Below are positions 7,415 through 11,173 of a stretch of 11,173 nt of DNA, piece by piece; within the stretch, counting starts at the first letter, position 1, and each line of letters starts with the position of its first letter. The stretch covers positions 1-11,173 of the forward strand of contig JBIJBT010000083.1 in assembly GCA_044345055.1 (NCBI GenBank), written 5' to 3'. Made by a program: the position numbers and the translations under genes. Under the pieces are notes generated by a model. The model was not told where the DNA came from. It did not search any database and saw nothing but the letters and a program-made list of their open reading frames with translations. This stretch comes from Bdellovibrionota bacterium. GTDB lineage: Bacteria; Bdellovibrionota_C; UBA2361; OMIW01.

Positions 7415-9511
7415 GTGCGATTTAGGGATGCAACACTAGCGATTTTTGTTTTGGCGATTGCAGTAGCGCTTATTATTCCGCTTCCCACAGCTCTGCTCGA
7501 TGTTTTAATAACGCTAAATTTAGGGCTATCGTTTCTCCTCCTTCTTGTTTGTATCTACATCCCTAACTCGCTCTCTCTTTTAACCTTTCCCTCAATTCTC
7601 CTCTTATCGACCCTCCTTAGGCTCTCTTTAAACGTTGCCTCATGTCGATTAATTCTCAGTATCGGTGATGCGGGTGAGGTCATTCACGCATTCGGTACTT
7701 TTCTCATTCGGGGCGAGTTGGTCGTCGGATTTATAATTTTTTCCATAATAACGGCGGTAAATCTCATAGTCATCTCACGGGGGGCTGGTCGTGTATCGGA
7801 GGTAGCTGCGCGTTTTGCTCTTGAGGGTTTGGCGGGTAACCAACTCGCAATAGATTCAGATCTAAAAAGTGGACTCCTTACGGCTGAAGAGGCTCACAAG
7901 CGAAGAGACGAGCTACGTCAGGAGTCTCAGCTGTATGGTGCTATGGATGGTGCCATGCGATTTGTGCAGGGTGATAGTATAGCGGGAATTATCATAATCG
8001 CTGCTAATTTAGTTGGTGGGCTCTATCTTGGAGTAAGTAGAGGGCTTGATGTTTCATCTGCTGTGCAGCACTACTCGATACTTACTATCGGAGATGGATT
8101 GGTCAGTCAGATACCTGCTCTTTTAACGGCGATTTGTGCCGGTATGCTAGTTACGCGGGTCGAAGGTGGGACTCAGAAATCGCTTGGTAGCGACCTAGTC
8201 CAGCAGGTGTTTGGTCGACCCTTCATGGTTGGATGGGCGGGCATTCTGCTTTTGGGGTTGGGGCTCCTTCCCGGGCTGCCATTCGTGCCATTTGCCCTGG
8301 TTGGCGGCGGTTTTCTTGGGTTTGCAATATGGTCGTCATCCACTCGGGGTGGCAGACTGCAAATTCAAAATTCAGAGGATGGTTTAAGTGGAGGTTTAAT
8401 CCGAAGCTCTTCGGCGCCAAATGAACGGGATGGAATTGGGCCCATAGTGCGCACCTTTACTATCCAACTTGATGGAGAAGTCCTTGCACCCACTTTCTTT
8501 GAAAAGGAGCTGTTTTATCGTCAAAGATGGGCGCAATGTGCTCAAGATGCTTTTGCAAGTTTCGGAATTAAATTACCCCGTTTGCAGGTTGAACGTGATA
8601 GTTCGCTCGACAAGGGAGAATATCGGGTGATAATGAAGGGAAACGAGCTGTTTCGGGGGAAACTTAACCCGACAGTTGTATTCGTAGAGCTAGGGGTGGA
8701 GAATGCCGAGTTATTGGGTTTCCTCGTCAGTCGAGAGGAGATTCATCCCTGCTGCGGAAAAACAGTTTTTTGGTCTCCTGCTATTCCCAGAACGGTTAAT
8801 ATTGCGCAGGCCGGTGATATCCGTCTCTTGGATTTTGTCGAATTTCTTTATCTGCAGGTGTTCGATTTTTATCGACGATTTCCTGAGGAAATTCTTGGTA
8901 TTCTCGATGTGCATCAGATGGTACGGGAGCTCGAGAGGAAATTTCCTGGGACCGTAGAAGATGCCCTTCAACGTAATTTTATCGATGCTCCGCGACTCAC
9001 GGAGCTAGCCCATGACTTAATAAGAGAAAGGATAGATATAAGCGACTTTCCGGCGTTAGTTGAATCAGTTCTTGCGTATTGTTCAAACTATCGAGCGTTG
9101 CTATCAATTGGGGGTGATTTTGATATTGGTCATGCCGTTGCTCATATCCGCGTGCAGAGAAGGCGTTCGATCACGAATCGAATATTAACGGATCAGCGGG
9201 AATTGCGAGCAATTACCCTTTCACCCTCGTTGGAAAGGCTTTTTGAGGAAATTCCCACAGAATCTGGACCTTCTCCAATGTCGATACCACCTCACTCCGC
9301 GCATCTCTTGATCGAGAGCCTCAGAGAATTGATAGAGCCTATTCGACGACTCGGTATTCAGAGAGTGTGCGTGCTTTGTCGACCCGATCTTCGGGGACGA
9401 GTAGCCAAATTCTTGCGATCGGTGAGTTGTCACTATCAGGCAATATCTACCGAAGAATTGGATTCCGGTCTTTTGATCGAGCAAGTGGGGGTGTGGCAAC
9501 CAAAAAGGTAA
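7415..9511 (+). CDS. sctV: SctV/LcrD/FlhA (FHIPEP) family type III secretion export-gate protein; divergent, with several SctV-type signatures
   Basis: IIPLPTALLDVL, FPSILLLSTLLRLSLNVASCRLIL, GAGRVSEVAARFAL, ESQLYGAMDGAMRFVQGD, YSILTIGDGLVSQIPALL, GMLVTRV and GLLPGLP, then a large cytoplasmic domain with LIRERIDISD and a terminal AISTEEL. The short RLILSIGDAG loop (no FlhA GHxG insert) and GAMDGAM favour SctV over FlhA. Family membership is secure; the subfamily call is less so. Confidence 0.9.
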   Translation: MRFRDATLAIFVLAIAVALIIPLPTALLDVLITLNLGLSFLLLLVCIYIPNSLSLLTFPSILLLSTLLRLSLNVASCRLILSIGDAGEVIHAFGTFLIRGELVVGFIIFSIITAVNLIVISRGAGRVSEVAARFALEGLAGNQLAIDSDLKSGLLTAEEAHKRRDELRQESQLYGAMDGAMRFVQGDSIAGIIIIAANLVGGLYLGVSRGLDVSSAVQHYSILTIGDGLVSQIPALLTAICAGMLVTRVEGGTQKSLGSDLVQQVFGRPFMVGWAGILLLGLGLLPGLPFVPFALVGGGFLGFAIWSSSTRGGRLQIQNSEDGLSGGLIRSSSAPNERDGIGPIVRTFTIQLDGEVLAPTFFEKELFYRQRWAQCAQDAFASFGIKLPRLQVERDSSLDKGEYRVIMKGNELFRGKLNPTVVFVELGVENAELLGFLVSREEIHPCCGKTVFWSPAIPRTVNIAQAGDIRLLDFVEFLYLQVFDFYRRFPEEILGILDVHQMVRELERKFPGTVEDALQRNFIDAPRLTELAHDLIRERIDISDFPALVESVLAYCSNYRALLSIGGDFDIGHAVAHIRVQRRRSITNRILTDQRELRAITLSPSLERLFEEIPTESGPSPMSIPPHSAHLLIESLRELIEPIRRLGIQRVCVLCRPDLRGRVAKFLRSVSCHYQAISTEELDSGLLIEQVGVWQPKR

Positions 9512-9589
9512 CTTTTAGCGGGTATTTACGCGGAAAAAGCGAACGATGTGGAGTGATACGGTTATATAGATAAGATTGTTTTGTTGTCT

Positions 9590-9614
9590 AAAAATAGCGT
9601 CCCACGCCATTTTT
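9590..9614. terminator. Possible weak intrinsic terminator or operator between sctV and the pseudokinase gene
   Basis: Inverted repeat AAAAATAGCGT-CCC-ACGCCATTTTT (10/11 matches) with A/T tracts at both ends. The GC core is short, and the mismatch becomes a G-U pair only on the minus strand. Confidence 0.3.
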
Positions 9615-9725
9615 CGGTCGACTCCAAGCTTGGAAAACTTTTTTAAGAGCGAAGTTTTTAATGCGGCTCAACCAAGCTGTGATGGTTAAACAGTTCGCGC
9701 ATAATTTCAGCCCAGAGGAGGATTA

Positions 9726-11173
9726 ATGTCGGATGTTTCGGCGCCGGTACCACAGTTGAGCGAATCGATAGCGGAGATGTATAGCATCGGAGGTAAGCTG
9801 TGTGAGTCGGTAAATTTTACGGTTCATTCTGCAGTGGTCGCTTCGGAGCGAGAAAGCAGAATCGTTGTTGTCGGAAAGAAACCGCTCGATTCATTGAGTG
9901 ATGGGGTGCGAAGGTTCGGGGTACAGCTATCGGCTTTATTGGAATTATTCTCGCATAAGGGAGCTAGGGGCGCTCTCTTTCATGGAGGACTCGATTCGCA
10001 GGGGTATCCCTTCCTTGAATTAGGACTTGTGAGCGGTTCACAGTACTCGCAAGTCGCACGAACTCTGCCTGAAGCAGAGCGACGATTCCAATCTCTAGTC
10101 GATGAAGTGGCAAAGTTTCATGCCGCAGGAATTTGTTTTGGAGATCTGAGCTTTGCATCTTTCATGGATGACCCTGCAAGTGGTCCTTTTCTTGTTGGAC
10201 TACTTGGATTGACTAATCCAAAGGATGATCCTGGCTCTCGAAGTTCGGAAGAGGTTTTTCTAGCTCCTGAAATTTTAAAAGGTCAGACCCCATCTCCAGC
10301 GTCGGACGTTTTTTCCCTATGTATCATGGGAGGATTTCTGTTTGGAGCAGTCCTAACGCGCGAGGGGCGTTCCGATGGATCCCAGTTTTATGACAAATTA
10401 GTGCGTAAAGGTGTTTCTGAAGGGATGAGTCGGTTAATCTCGAGCGGCGTTTCTGAAGAGCCTGGATCTAGGCCGAAGAGCAGTGTTGAACTAGCGGAAT
10501 TGCTCACAGAAGCTAGGCAAGGAAGGTTGAATGCTCACTTGGTAAAACGTGAGACTGTGATAAGAGATGGAGCAGGTGAAAATCCTAACGAGGCCGCGGG
10601 ATCGCAGGTATTTGACCCTCCACAGATTAAGCAAGAGCGCTCTCCTCATTTACGCCTAGGAAAGACTGTCCTTTCGATTGCTCTTCTTGGAATCTTGGTG
10701 GTAGTTGTCGCTTTCTATCTTCGCGGAGTATCCTCGCGACAAAATTCCGGTGTACTCGATCAATCAACAGCATTCCTTCGTTCAGTCGGTTTTTCGCTCA
10801 CAATGACAACAGCTGAGCGGGCTCAGATGTTTGAACGGCTTGCCGAATCAAATGATCCGGTCGTGCACGATGCTGCTATCCTCCTGATAGAGCGATCGTC
10901 AACGGTTGAGGATCGGGTCGTTGCTGAAAAGTGGCTTCTCGATAGGTGCGCAAAAGCGGGGATGGTGCATTCGGTAAGAATTATTCAGACCTGGTTTGGC
11001 GATAAGCCGCTCTTTAGACCTCAGGGGTTTATTGCTGGTTTAAGAGTTCTTGATCCATCAGCGCCACTTGAGGTAGTGGATCGATATTTGGATGAAATTG
11101 CCAAAACAAATAGACCGGTCGCTATCCAGATTGCCGCTGGATTGGTACTTGATAGGAGTGGTCGTCAAGGTGA
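9726..11173 (+). CDS. Membrane-spanning Ser/Thr pseudokinase (degenerate Hanks-type domain, one TM, helical extracytoplasmic region); 3'-truncated by the window
   Basis: Not in the ORF track. SD GAGGAGG at 9715-9721, ATG 9726, and 482 codons with no stop to the window end (manual translation). Kinase remnants: FHAAGICFGDLSFASF (VIb), FLAPEILKG (VIII, APE at 10263-10271), SPASDVFSLC (IX), EEPGSRP (XI). TM VLSIALLGILVVVVAFYL at ~10668-10721. Confidence 0.85.
   Translation, partial: MSDVSAPVPQLSESIAEMYSIGGKLCESVNFTVHSAVVASERESRIVVVGKKPLDSLSDGVRRFGVQLSALLELFSHKGARGALFHGGLDSQGYPFLELGLVSGSQYSQVARTLPEAERRFQSLVDEVAKFHAAGICFGDLSFASFMDDPASGPFLVGLLGLTNPKDDPGSRSSEEVFLAPEILKGQTPSPASDVFSLCIMGGFLFGAVLTREGRSDGSQFYDKLVRKGVSEGMSRLISSGVSEEPGSRPKSSVELAELLTEARQGRLNAHLVKRETVIRDGAGENPNEAAGSQVFDPPQIKQERSPHLRLGKTVLSIALLGILVVVVAFYLRGVSSRQNSGVLDQSTAFLRSVGFSLTMTTAERAQMFERLAESNDPVVHDAAILLIERSSTVEDRVVAEKWLLDRCAKAGMVHSVRIIQTWFGDKPLFRPQGFIAGLRVLDPSAPLEVVDRYLDEIAKTNRPVAIQIAAGLVLDRSGRQG

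Noticed and set aside
5827..10158. Short alternative-frame ORFs (5827-6066, 8223-8420, 8233-8424, 8703-8957, 8711-8971, 9221-9499, 9367-9573, 9964-10158)
   Set aside because: They lie within or overlap tadB, sctV or the pseudokinase and show no independent coding evidence.
736..10592. NPN(S/E) peptide recurring in the kinase linker (736-750), CpaB (3192-3203) and the pseudokinase linker (10578-10592)
   Set aside because: Very short, in low-complexity linkers and in different predicted compartments; cannot be distinguished from chance.
11171..11173. Terminal TGA as the stop codon of the pseudokinase
   Set aside because: It is out of frame (the frame reads GGT-GA.), so the ORF continues beyond the window.
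1..11173. CRISPR arrays, tRNA/rRNA, riboswitches, IS/integrase or other mobile elements
   Set aside because: No repeat-spacer pattern, RNA-gene signature, transposase motif or terminal repeats were seen by eye. An Rfam scan would be needed to exclude small RNAs formally.

Overview
All recognisable genes lie on the + strand, in this order: the 3' part of a Hanks-type Ser/Thr kinase with a C-terminal membrane anchor (<1-885); a partial Tad/Cpa (type IVc pilus) module, cpaE/tadZ - cpaB/rcpC - cpaF/tadA - tadB - tadC (1043-7187); a divergent SctV/FlhA-family type III export-gate gene with no other T3SS or flagellar gene beside it (7415-9511); and a membrane-spanning pseudokinase that runs off the window and is missing from the ORF track (9726->11173). 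No Flp pilin, prepilin peptidase or secretin is visible. The main candidate for an undescribed system is the Tad motor/platform + SctV export gate + kinase/pseudokinase arrangement. It recalls the Tad-like Kil and needle-less T3SS* machines that cooperate in prey killing in Myxococcus. That functional link is inferred from gene adjacency only. All family calls come from motif recognition by eye; no searches were run.
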